Assembly (NCBI RefSeq): GCF_049510915.1
Contig: NZ_JBEKYN010000001.1
Strand: one strand, 5' to 3'
Source of the DNA: Methanoregula sp.
Lineage (GTDB): Archaea > Halobacteriota > Methanomicrobia > Methanomicrobiales > Methanospirillaceae
Length of the DNA stretch: 64,000 nt
Position 1 is the stretch's first letter; every line of letters begins with the position of its first letter. The position numbers and the translations under genes were made by a program. The notes under the pieces are model-generated. The model did not search any database and was not told the origin of the DNA. It worked only from the letters and a program-made list of their open reading frames with translations. This document shows, piece by piece, positions 9,865 through 18,012 of this stretch.

Positions 9865-10359
9865 ATGTCTCCTATGGCTCTTCGATCCCTCAACCTTCCC
9901 GGTGTCGGCACAAAATACGAATTCGAGACTGACAAGGGCGATACGGTCGCGATATTTTTTACAAAGACCGGGACCATCCAGATGTATACCCTCCAGAAAG
10001 GCTGCCACACGCCAAGCGCAGCCGAGATGACACCGGTGGAAGCGCGGAGGCTCGGAAATATTCTTACAGGGGCGATCATCGAGGCCGACCAGGAGAGCGT
10101 GGAGATCGCGTTCTCGGCGCTTGCCGATCTCCGGATCACCATCCACTCGTACATCATCCCCCGGGCCATCGCAGGAAAAACGATCGAAGACCTCAGGATC
10201 CGGGCAAAGACCGGGACGACCGTTATCGCGATCTCAAGGAATGACAAGAATATCATCAATCCCCCGCCATCGTTCGTGTTCGAGACCGGCGATGCCGTAC
10301 TGGTAATAGGTGAGTCAGACCAGCTCAGACTGTTCGAACGCGAGATCATGGTGGATTGA
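9865..10359 (+). CDS. KhtT-like regulatory subunit of a cation:proton antiporter (TrkA-C/RCK_C domain)
   Basis: N-terminal LNLPGVGTKYEFETDKGDTVAIF matches the KhtT/YhaT-type start. A C-terminal RCK_C-like segment is present (AGKTIEDLRIRAKTGTTVIAISR). The stop overlaps the antiporter ATG (TGATG). Start is ATG 9865; 9874 is possible. Confidence 0.8.
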   Translation: MSPMALRSLNLPGVGTKYEFETDKGDTVAIFFTKTGTIQMYTLQKGCHTPSAAEMTPVEARRLGNILTGAIIEADQESVEIAFSALADLRITIHSYIIPRAIAGKTIEDLRIRAKTGTTVIAISRNDKNIINPPPSFVFETGDAVLVIGESDQLRLFEREIMVD

Positions 10360-11501
10360 TGGAAGGCATCATAATCGCCCTTTTTGTCTGCCTCGTGCTT
10401 GCGCTGGTCGCCAAGTACCTGACCATCCCGGCGATCCCGTTCTACATCATTGCAGGGGTCGTCCTCGGCCATGCCGGCCTCGGGATCGTCGCGTCCGACC
10501 AGATCAGCAGTTTCTTCTCCGACATGGGGCTGATCTTCCTGCTCTTCTTTGTTGGTCTCGGCCTCAAGGTGGATAAGATCTCCGAGAACCAGTCGGAGGT
10601 GCTCACGAGCGGGATGATCGATCTCAACGTCAATATGATCATCGGCTTTGTGGCTGCCTACCTCCTCGGTTTTTCGCTGGTCGAGGCTCTCATTGTTGCC
10701 GCGGCCTTCTACAGTTCCAGCACCGCGATGACGGTGACCTCGTTAATCGAGAACCGGAAACTGATGATGCGGGAGTCGGAAACCATCATCTGGCTGATGG
10801 TCTTTGAAGATCTTGTGCTGATCATCGTCCTTGCAATTCTGTCGGCCGGTAACGAGAACCTGCTTCTCTTTGCGGGGGAGATCCTCTTCGGTCTTGCGCT
10901 CATTTACGCGCTTGCCCATTATGGTAAGGAATTCCTGATCTCGATCCTCGACCGCGATGACGAACTGCCCATCATCTTCACCTTCGTTGCCGTGGTCGCG
11001 ACCGCCGCTTTTGCCCTGGAACTGGGAGTTCCCGACACCCTGATGGTGATCGCCCTCGGGGCTGCATTTGCGACCACCGACCCGGATGCGTTCGAGCAGC
11101 ATGCCCGCCCGTTCAAGGACGTATTCATGGTGATCTTCTTTGTCTTTTTCGGCATCACCATCAATCTGTCCGGCAATATTAGCGTCGGGGTGATCGCGAT
11201 CATCTGCCTTCTTGCTATTGCAAGCAAGCTGATCTCCGGTGTGCTGACCGGCATTGCGCTCTATGGATCGGCCAAATCGGGTCTTGAGATCTGGACAAAC
11301 ACCATCGGACGGGGCGAGTTTTCTATCGCGCTTGCCGTACTGTACGGCTCTCCCCCGGTCGCCGCCACCATCGCCGTGATGGTGATCGTAACCTCCCTTG
11401 TCGGGTCGTTTGTCGCGAAGTACTATGGTTCGCTCTCACGCGGGTTCGGGAGGAGAAGCCGCCATCACGGGCCGCCACACCGGGTGCATGCGGTCCACTG
11501 A
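10359..11501 (+). CDS. Cation:proton antiporter, CPA2 (Kef/KhtU) family
   Basis: A polytopic membrane protein of about 380 aa with Na+/H+-exchanger-like helices, translationally coupled to the KhtT-like gene. Confidence 0.85.
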   Translation: MEGIIIALFVCLVLALVAKYLTIPAIPFYIIAGVVLGHAGLGIVASDQISSFFSDMGLIFLLFFVGLGLKVDKISENQSEVLTSGMIDLNVNMIIGFVAAYLLGFSLVEALIVAAAFYSSSTAMTVTSLIENRKLMMRESETIIWLMVFEDLVLIIVLAILSAGNENLLLFAGEILFGLALIYALAHYGKEFLISILDRDDELPIIFTFVAVVATAAFALELGVPDTLMVIALGAAFATTDPDAFEQHARPFKDVFMVIFFVFFGITINLSGNISVGVIAIICLLAIASKLISGVLTGIALYGSAKSGLEIWTNTIGRGEFSIALAVLYGSPPVAATIAVMVIVTSLVGSFVAKYYGSLSRGFGRRSRHHGPPHRVHAVH

Positions 11502-11506
11502 CCGTC

Positions 11507-12205
11507 TCATTCAATCAATACGAGCCCTACCGAATGCACATCGCTGTGCACGATCTTCCCGTACTCCATGTTCTTGCAGGGGATCGTGACGAGGTCCCAG
11601 CCTGCATTCTTTGCCGTGGCAAAGACATCCATCCCTGCAGCCTCCATGCTGGGCCTGACCATGTCCATGTGCCGGCATTTCCGGCGCAGGCTCTCATCCA
11701 CCACGCCTTCGGCCTCCTCCGCAACACAGTGCTGGTGCTCGCACCAGATACAGGGATAGCCGCCGAAGCCGAACGCCTTGTAGAATCCGTCATAGAATGC
11801 GGTCTTCTCAAGGAAATGGACCGTCCCGTTCACCCAGAGGATCAGGTCGCGGAAATACGGGTGGAAGTCATCGGGAATGTCATCCGGCCCGAATGCCCCG
11901 TGACCCGGGACACCGTCAAAGCGGATCAGCAGCGCCGTTTTGTATTCCCCAACCATCCTCCGGGTCTCCTCCGGTGCCGGGGCATACGGCGGGCAGCCGA
12001 AGTGCTTGCCGTAGCCCTTGCAGCCATAGCGGCACTTGAACCTCACCCACTGGGCCACGACAATGTCTCCCGGATCGATCTGCTGCGCGTGTGCGCCTCG
12101 TTCCGCGGCGAGCCTGATCAGGCTCTCTATTTCACTGGCACTTTCCTGCATACCGGCCACCTCATGCAGAGGATGCCCGCCCGGATCGATAAAGTTTTCC
12201 TGCAT
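11507..12205 (-). CDS. DUF2284-type predicted metal-binding protein
   Basis: Carries CRYGCKGYGKHFGCPP plus later Cys clusters, characteristic of DUF2284. Start moved to the ATG at 12205 (MQENFIDPG). Confidence 0.7.
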   Translation of the reverse strand: MQENFIDPGGHPLHEVAGMQESASEIESLIRLAAERGAHAQQIDPGDIVVAQWVRFKCRYGCKGYGKHFGCPPYAPAPEETRRMVGEYKTALLIRFDGVPGHGAFGPDDIPDDFHPYFRDLILWVNGTVHFLEKTAFYDGFYKAFGFGGYPCIWCEHQHCVAEEAEGVVDESLRRKCRHMDMVRPSMEAAGMDVFATAKNAGWDLVTIPCKNMEYGKIVHSDVHSVGLVLIE

Positions 12206-12237
12206 GGGCACCTCTCCTTTAACAACAGGGGTTTCCC

Positions 12238-12945
12238 ATGACTGACTACCGCACCGGGTGCATGGTCTGCGGCAAACCGCTCCGCTACCTCGAGTCACCG
12301 GAGCAGCGCGAGTGTGTGTACTGCCACAAGGTCAAGACTACCAATGCTGTCTGCGTGGACGGGCACTTTGTCTGCGACCGCTGCCACAGTCTCGGTGCTG
12401 ATGATGCGATAGAGCAGTACTGTGTAAAGACCACAGAAACTGATCCTGTCAGGATGGCGATCACCCTGATGCAGAACCCGGTCGTGAGCATGCACGGCCC
12501 CGAGCACCATTTCCTCGTGCCCGCCGTGCTCCTTGCGGCGTACTGCAATGTCACGGGACAGCCGGACCGGAAGGCAAAGCTGATCGCGACGGCACGGGAT
12601 CGCGCCGGGATGATCCGGGGCGGGGCCTGTGGTTTTATGGGCGACTGCGGGGCGGCAGTGGGCACCGGGATCTTCATATCGCTGGTGACCGGCGCTACGC
12701 CGCTCTCGCACCGCGAGTGGCAGCAGGCCAACCTCGTGGTGGCGAAAAGTCTTGAAACGATCGCCATGCACGGCGGCCCGCGCTGCTGCAAGCGCAACAC
12801 CTTCCTTGCGATACAGGGTGCGGTCGCCTTTGCACAGGCACAGCTGGGGGTGACGATCCCGCTCTCCCCGTCTGTCACCTGCCAGTTTTACGATATGAAT
12901 AAGGAGTGCAGGACCCGGGACTGCCCGTTCTATCCTGACCGCTGA
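12238..12945 (+). CDS. Cys-rich hypothetical protein with an N-terminal zinc ribbon
   Basis: CMVCGKP...CVYCHKV...CVDGHFVCDRCHS at the N-terminus, with further conserved-looking Cys residues downstream. Possibly DUF5714-like; this rests on memory and is unverified. Confidence 0.65.
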   Translation: MTDYRTGCMVCGKPLRYLESPEQRECVYCHKVKTTNAVCVDGHFVCDRCHSLGADDAIEQYCVKTTETDPVRMAITLMQNPVVSMHGPEHHFLVPAVLLAAYCNVTGQPDRKAKLIATARDRAGMIRGGACGFMGDCGAAVGTGIFISLVTGATPLSHREWQQANLVVAKSLETIAMHGGPRCCKRNTFLAIQGAVAFAQAQLGVTIPLSPSVTCQFYDMNKECRTRDCPFYPDR

Positions 12946-13376
12946 TCCCCGCCGCCTCGTGCCCCGATGATCCTCTGGACGATCAGGCGCGAACTGGCGA
13001 GGTCGCCGTCCGCATATTTCCCGATCCGGACAACTTCTGCATGAAGTCCCCGCTCCGCGAGCTGGCGTCGCAGGTTCTCCTCATCGAAGTACTGGTTGAA
13101 TCCGATCGTGATGATGTCGGGATGGATCTCCTCAATGGGGCGGAACATGTCGATCTGGTCACCGAGGATCGCGTGATCCACCGGTTTGAGCGCGGCAATC
13201 ATCGACCGGCGCTGCTCCTCCGGGACGATCGGACGGGGCTTGTGTTTCACGTTTGCGTCCCGGGCCACGATCACGAAGAGCTCGTCGCCAAGTTTCTTTG
13301 ACTCGGTAAGATAGTAGAGGTGCCCCGGGTGAAGGATGTCGAAGGTGCCGGTGGCAACGACGCGCCGGGAGGTCAT
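12930..13376 (-). CDS. ribL: FAD synthase RibL / cytidylyltransferase-family nucleotidyltransferase
   Basis: GTFDILHPGH (HxGH motif) and an archaeal RibL-like length. ATGA overlap with the upstream JAMM gene. Confidence 0.8.
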   Translation of the reverse strand: MTSRRVVATGTFDILHPGHLYYLTESKKLGDELFVIVARDANVKHKPRPIVPEEQRRSMIAALKPVDHAILGDQIDMFRPIEEIHPDIITIGFNQYFDEENLRRQLAERGLHAEVVRIGKYADGDLASSRLIVQRIIGARGGGDQRSG

Positions 13377-13744
13377 GGGATCACCGCGAGTTCGCTCGGT
13401 TCGCCGTCCGCAGTAAAGCATTTCCAGTCATTCTCGCGGTACGGGGCGCCGATGATGAGGTGGTACCGTCCTGCCCGGGGAAAGAAGTTCACGTCCGCAC
13501 TGGAGGGCCGGAGCACGCCGTTCGGGTGGGAGTGTGCGCTTCCCGCGAGGTGAGTGCCCAGCGGCATCATGTCAAAGAAGATCGATGCAGATGAACTCCC
13601 GGTGATCGTTCCGGGGAGGAGATTGAGTTCACTGATCACCCCGTCCTCTTCTTTTAAGAGCGCCGCGAACTCGTTCGGGTGGCTGTTTTTGCCCAGTTCG
13701 AGCAGCAGCATGAGAAGTTCCTGTTTGATCCCGCGGATGGTCAT
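13373..13744 (-). CDS. JAB1/MPN/Mov34 (JAMM) metalloprotease domain protein
   Basis: JAMM motif HSHPNGVLRPSSAD (HxH-x7-S-xx-D) with an upstream PNEFAALL Glu. Start chosen at ATG 13744 (MTIRGIKQELL); 13792 is possible. Confidence 0.8.
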   Translation of the reverse strand: MTIRGIKQELLMLLLELGKNSHPNEFAALLKEEDGVISELNLLPGTITGSSSASIFFDMMPLGTHLAGSAHSHPNGVLRPSSADVNFFPRAGRYHLIIGAPYRENDWKCFTADGEPSELAVIP

Positions 13745-13878
13745 GATAGTGTCACGGTAAAAGAGCGAGTATTCGCTTTGGTACCGATCCATTCGTTCTC
13801 GTATGCAAAAAAACCTCGCAACCACCGGGAAAACCTCCTGATCGTTTCACCCGGATGTAAAAAAAGGATTGAGTGGAA

Positions 13879-14484
13879 TTAGGAGCCTGACTGGCCCTTG
13901 AGCCACTTCAGGAAGCTCGCGATCAGGTCGCTGTCCTTCAGGTCCTGGCTCTGTGCCTGGTTCACGCTGTCCCCCTGTGGCTGGTCTGACTGAGTGCCGG
14001 CCGCTCCGATCTGCCCGTTCTGGTTTGCGGATCCGTTGGTGTTGCCGTTATCCGGCGGGAGCTGGGACGGAGTCATGTTTCCGTCACTAGGCCCGGGTAT
14101 CATCCTGTTATCCGGTGCCGTCCAGTTACCGGGAACGGTCATGTTACTGTCCATCGGCGGGTGGTTAAAGGTTATGTTGCCGAATGCTGTCATGTTTCCG
14201 TCACCCGGTTCGGGCATGGGAATATTGCCCGTCATGTTTCTGAAATCCCCTCGTGGCGGACCCTTCGGTGCATTCGCGTTCCCGGTATTCTGATCTGTAC
14301 CGGCGTTTGAGTTCTGCCCGTTGTCCGGCATCATCATACCTCCCTGACTGAACCCGCCCTGTCCTTGGTTGTTACCCTGATTATTCTCTTGGCCGGGCCC
14401 TGCTGCGGCAACCATGGGTACCATAACGAAGGCTGCACACAACAGGATCACCGGTATGAATCCAATTTTTCGTGTAGTTTTCAT
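13879..14484 (-). CDS. Secreted low-complexity Gly/Asn/Gln/Pro/Met-rich protein, dense in N-glycosylation sequons
   Basis: Signal peptide MKTTRKIGFIPVILLCAAFVMVPMVAAA. About seven N-x-S/T sequons (four NMT, plus NIT, NWT, NGS) fall within roughly 75 aa. Confidence 0.6.
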   Translation of the reverse strand: MKTTRKIGFIPVILLCAAFVMVPMVAAAGPGQENNQGNNQGQGGFSQGGMMMPDNGQNSNAGTDQNTGNANAPKGPPRGDFRNMTGNIPMPEPGDGNMTAFGNITFNHPPMDSNMTVPGNWTAPDNRMIPGPSDGNMTPSQLPPDNGNTNGSANQNGQIGAAGTQSDQPQGDSVNQAQSQDLKDSDLIASFLKWLKGQSGS

Positions 14485-14739
14485 GATATATTCCCTCATG
14501 TTGGGCAACTGCGCATTTTTTCCTTGCAGTTGTCATATTCGGTCTTCTTTTAACAGTCTCTTATAAATTAGAAACTCGCATGGGGTCAATTACTTGCAAA
14601 AACGCGTCAATGATCATACCCGCGAGTTAACATTATCGCCGTTGCGGTTATCCCGCTGGCCGGCAACGAATATCGCGACAGCAAACGCGGTGCCAGAAAA
14701 GAGTTGAATGTAGTATTGTGCCATCCCGCGCGATCCGGG

Positions 14740-15021
14740 TTATTTCTTACCGGTCACCTTGATGACATGGTACCCGAACTGAGATTTTACCGGGCCGATG
14801 ACCGATCCCTGCTCTGCGGCAAACGCGGCCTGCTCGAACTCGGGGACCATCTGCCCTTTGCCGAACCAGCCGAGGTCTCCCCCGTTCTTTTTCGACGGGC
14901 AGGACGAGAAGCGCTTTGCAACTGCGGCAAAATCCTCGCCATCCTTGATTCGTTTCAGGATCCTGTTTGCATCCTCCTCTTTTGTCACGAGGATGTGGGA
15001 TGCGCGTATCTGTGTGGTCAT
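14740..15021 (-). CDS. Parvulin-type peptidyl-prolyl cis-trans isomerase
   Basis: 93 aa. ASHILV...GGDLGWFGKGQMVPEFE...GYHVIKV matches the parvulin/PinA rotamase domain. Confidence 0.9.
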   Translation of the reverse strand: MTTQIRASHILVTKEEDANRILKRIKDGEDFAAVAKRFSSCPSKKNGGDLGWFGKGQMVPEFEQAAFAAEQGSVIGPVKSQFGYHVIKVTGKK

Positions 15022-15659
15022 GTATAGTGATGGGGAGGTTTTGGGATAAAAGGGTTGAGAGATGGGTGTTGAAGTGGTGTTTCCAGCTGTTCCTTTAGGG
15101 CTGTCGCCTCCAGCAGGGGGACGGTTCCAAACTAAGAGAGCGTAGGTCCCGGGGGGATCGTTTCTCCGACGGAGGGCCGGAACATGGCGATCCCGTATGG
15201 CCGGTCTCCAGTGGAAGCGCTGTCCACGCCACTCAAAAAGTCTTATTTAATCGCGTTTTTTCCCGAAATTTCCCTTTTAATCAGGATTCAGACCTGCATA
15301 ATAGCGGGCTTCTGCGGGCAGGGTTTTTGGAGATGTCTACATGGTCATATGAGTGGGAGATCGGCCACCCGGAGGCCGCTATGAGCGTTTCTTAATTTTA
15401 CGTCGGAGAAATTGGTTTGAGGGGGGTGGGATCGACGGTGACTATTAGGCAGGAGACGCTCCTGGGGGCTGCCGCCCCCGCCGCGTGGGCGTCCCCCGGT
15501 TGCGATGATGCTGTATTACCTGTTCTCAGATATTCACCCCCGGCACCGGTAATACGGAGGCATCGCATACGCCCCCGCCCCCCTGTGGGGGCAGGGCTGG
15601 CGTAAGGGGGGTTGCATGATACCAAAAATCTTACAAGTACTGAATTACCCGGATCTTTT

Positions 15660-16300
15660 CCTGCACGAAATTTGTTTGGTCCCTGAAATTTTCCAGCATT
15701 CAGATCTCAAGGCCAAAATTTCCGGGCCGTTGCAACTTTCGCGCCGGATTTTTCCGGCCCGGGAAATTTCGCGGCCGGAAAAGTACCGGGTTTTCAAGTT
15801 CCACATTCCGACCCTTGCCGCAGGATTTACGGCGGAGATCTGTGACTGAGGTTCCGGCACGGTGCTTTTTTTAAAACTTTCGCGCCAACTTTTTTTGGCC
15901 CTGAGAATTTTCAATCCAATTTTTTTGGATTTTTCAACTTTCGACCGGAAAATTTTCCGGTTTTTGAAATTTCGAACCAAAAAATTTTGGCCGGAAAAAA
16001 TTTCGCGGCAAAAAAGCTCCGGCCGCCCGAACTTTCAAACCAAAATTTTTCCAGAAATAAAAATTTCGTGCCGTACGGACCGAGCGCGATCAGTGCGGAA
16101 AAATTTCGGGGCGAGTTATACTCACCGTCGGAGGCACCCTATTATAGTGGGGGTTTTACCCACTTTCGCGGCGATCCTCCGGAATTTTTTTCGCGCGAAA
16201 GTTTGTACGCTACATAATTTTGTGGCGTGAAAAGTCTCACGCAGGAAAAAAGTTCGGGCGCAACGCCGATTTTGGAGCAGTTCTTTTGAAAAGCCCATTA
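15660..16300. repeat. Degenerate array of about 30 A/T-tract plus CG-clamp units
   Basis: Units look like GAAATTTCGCGGCCGG, AACTTTCGCGCC, AAAATTTCCGGGCC and AAAAAATTTCGCGGC, with variable 12-25 nt spacing. Perfect palindromes are CCGGAAAATTTTCCGG (15945-15960) and TTTCGCGCGAAA (16189-16200). Every reading frame gives low-complexity K/R/F/I/S peptides. Confidence 0.8.
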
Positions 16301-16458
16301 TTATTCATCAAGAGTGGCCGGTCCAAGACTCTCATGCAGTTCCTGAGTCCCATTGTCAATGTTGGGTGAATTGAGCGCTATCTTCTCCACATCTTGCGAT
16401 AAGTGCCGCCGTCCCCGAAGGGACACCCCCGCAGCGGATCAGTGACCAAAAATGGTGC

Positions 16459-16508
16459 GAAAAACACTCCCTTGCCCCGCCGTGCCCCGGAGGGGCCCTG
16501 AGGCGGGG
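16459..16508 (-). terminator. Nested G+C-rich hairpin plus oligo-T, likely terminator of the upstream minus-strand gene
   Basis: CCCCGCC (16475-16481) pairs with GGCGGGG (16502-16508), enclosing GCCCC-GGA-GGGGC. On the minus strand the hairpin is followed by TGTTTTTCG and CATTTTTGG. A T7 run follows it on the plus strand too. Confidence 0.4.
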
Positions 16509-16558
16509 AGCTCTCGCTTTTTTTAATTGTTTCATTGGGATTCGGACGCCGGTCTAGT

Positions 16559-17971
16559 CTAAAACTCCCCGTCCTGCTCGAAGCTCCGCCCGTACCGTAT
16601 CGCGAGCTCCGCCTTGTAGAGTTCCCGGCCCAGGTATCCCGCATGGTCGAGGAGTGAGACATGCCCCCCATCAATGAGCGTATACAGTACGTCCTGCCAC
16701 CGGCTCCCCTTCATCGCCTTCCCATTGATCACCGCAACGATCTGGTCGCCTTCGATCCCGATCCGGAAGTTACCTTTCGGGTCGTAGGTGATCTCGTTCG
16801 GCATCCGCCCTGCCGGGATTACGGTCTTGTATTCAAGTGGCGGTTCGCGCCGGCGCCGTTTTTCCTTGAGCACCAGCAGGTCGACGCCGAGATCTTTGGG
16901 GTACGGCCGGTCCCGGGCAAGCACCATCATCTCGGTTGCCCGGCGCATCTCCCGGATCGAGCCCCGGGTCTTGTCCGAATGCTCGCTTGAGAAGATCACG
17001 GCCGCTCCCGTTTCCATTGCCATGCCGGCGAGCAGGGCATTTGTCCCGATCGAGTCCGCATCAAGAAGTTCGATCACGTTTCCCGCGCCAAAGAAAAGCG
17101 GGCAGCCGGAATCCTTGAACTGCCGAAGCGAGGTAACAAGCCCCGAGCCGACCGGTTGGAGGAGAGGGTCGGCAATGATGCAGGAGACACCGGCGCGCCG
17201 CGCCCGGGTAATATTTTTCGCGAGCGTGTTCCCGCCGGGCACCACGACCGCGGCCGCTCCCGCCCGGGCCACGTCCTTTCCTACAAGGGGAATATTTGTC
17301 TCCTGGAGCGAGAGCACGAGATCGGCACGAAAAAGCGCGGTCCGAATCAGGTCCGGGTCCTGCGTGTCCACGGAGAGCGGACCATTGATCTCCTCAAGTT
17401 CGGAGAACACCCGTTTCACGTCTGCCGGGGTCGCATCGAAGCCAAAGCCGAGATCGACGATATCGGCGCCGCAGGAAAAATACTGCTCCACACGATCTTG
17501 GATGATCTCCACGCGGTGGGCGTCCATGATCTCCGCGAGCACTTTTATCCGCGATGTTCCACCGATCTTTACGCCCCGGATCACAAACTCCGGTTCTGCA
17601 GTGATTTCCGCAGCCATGACGCGCTTTACCGCATCCTTTGCTTTTCCTGCGGCAAGGAAATCCTCCGCAGGAACCGTGCGCGAGAGCGGGACCTTTCCGA
17701 CAAGCGGGAGGATCCCTGCAAGATCCGCCGCGTGCCGTGGCCCCCGGTACACAGGTACCCCGGTCTCGCGCTCCACCTGCTCGAAAGAGACTGTGCACAT
17801 CCCCGATACCACAACCGCATCGTAAGCGCCCTTTGTAATCAGTTCACGGAGTGCATGGGGGGTAAGAAACGAGGCGATCTTTCCGGTCACCATCACGTCA
17901 GCGTTGAAACCGGCTGCTGCTTTTCTTACTATATCCACGGTTGCCGCACCGGTGGGGAGGAGGATACGCAT
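16559..17971 (-). CDS. Dihydropteroate-synthase-like (pterin-binding) protein, MJ0107 type
   Basis: The central pterin-binding domain reads GADIVDLGFGFDATP ... LSVDTQDP. The C-terminal DPKGNFRI...GYLGRELYKAELA resembles the DUF4346 tail of methanogen DHPS-like proteins. Start moved to ATG 17971 (MRILLPTG). Confidence 0.8.
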   Translation of the reverse strand: MRILLPTGAATVDIVRKAAAGFNADVMVTGKIASFLTPHALRELITKGAYDAVVVSGMCTVSFEQVERETGVPVYRGPRHAADLAGILPLVGKVPLSRTVPAEDFLAAGKAKDAVKRVMAAEITAEPEFVIRGVKIGGTSRIKVLAEIMDAHRVEIIQDRVEQYFSCGADIVDLGFGFDATPADVKRVFSELEEINGPLSVDTQDPDLIRTALFRADLVLSLQETNIPLVGKDVARAGAAAVVVPGGNTLAKNITRARRAGVSCIIADPLLQPVGSGLVTSLRQFKDSGCPLFFGAGNVIELLDADSIGTNALLAGMAMETGAAVIFSSEHSDKTRGSIREMRRATEMMVLARDRPYPKDLGVDLLVLKEKRRRREPPLEYKTVIPAGRMPNEITYDPKGNFRIGIEGDQIVAVINGKAMKGSRWQDVLYTLIDGGHVSLLDHAGYLGRELYKAELAIRYGRSFEQDGEF

Positions 17972-18012
17972 ACGTTTTCTTAATACCAGAGAGATAAAAA
18001 CACTATGATCAG

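Noticed and set aside
15417-15427. Shared 11-mer TTGAGGGGGGT (also 62098-62108) and 9-mer CAGTGGAAG (15209-15217, 61992-62000) as evidence that the two non-coding islands are related
   Set aside because: Matches of 9-11 nt between a 1.5-kb and a 0.5-kb region are within chance expectation, and one is a low-complexity G-run. Noted, but not used as evidence.
15022-15610. SRP (7S) RNA or RNase P RNA hidden in the G+C-rich left part of the island
   Set aside because: I looked on both strands for the RNase P CR-I motif GAGGAAAGTCC and for the SRP helix-8 motif (CAGGCCCGGAAGGGAGCA-like). Neither was found. Without a covariance-model search no RNA family can be assigned.
15645-16230. ORFs 15645-15980 (minus) and 15862-16230 (plus) as protein genes
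   Set aside because: Both are translations of the A/T-tract repeat array (KIFRFLKFRTKKFWPEKISRQK-type low complexity). They overlap each other on opposite strands and have no start context.
15660-16300. Possible CRISPR array
   Set aside because: The units are 12-25 nt with no constant-length repeat and no unique spacers of 30-40 nt. No cas genes are in the window. It is a degenerate motif array, not a CRISPR.
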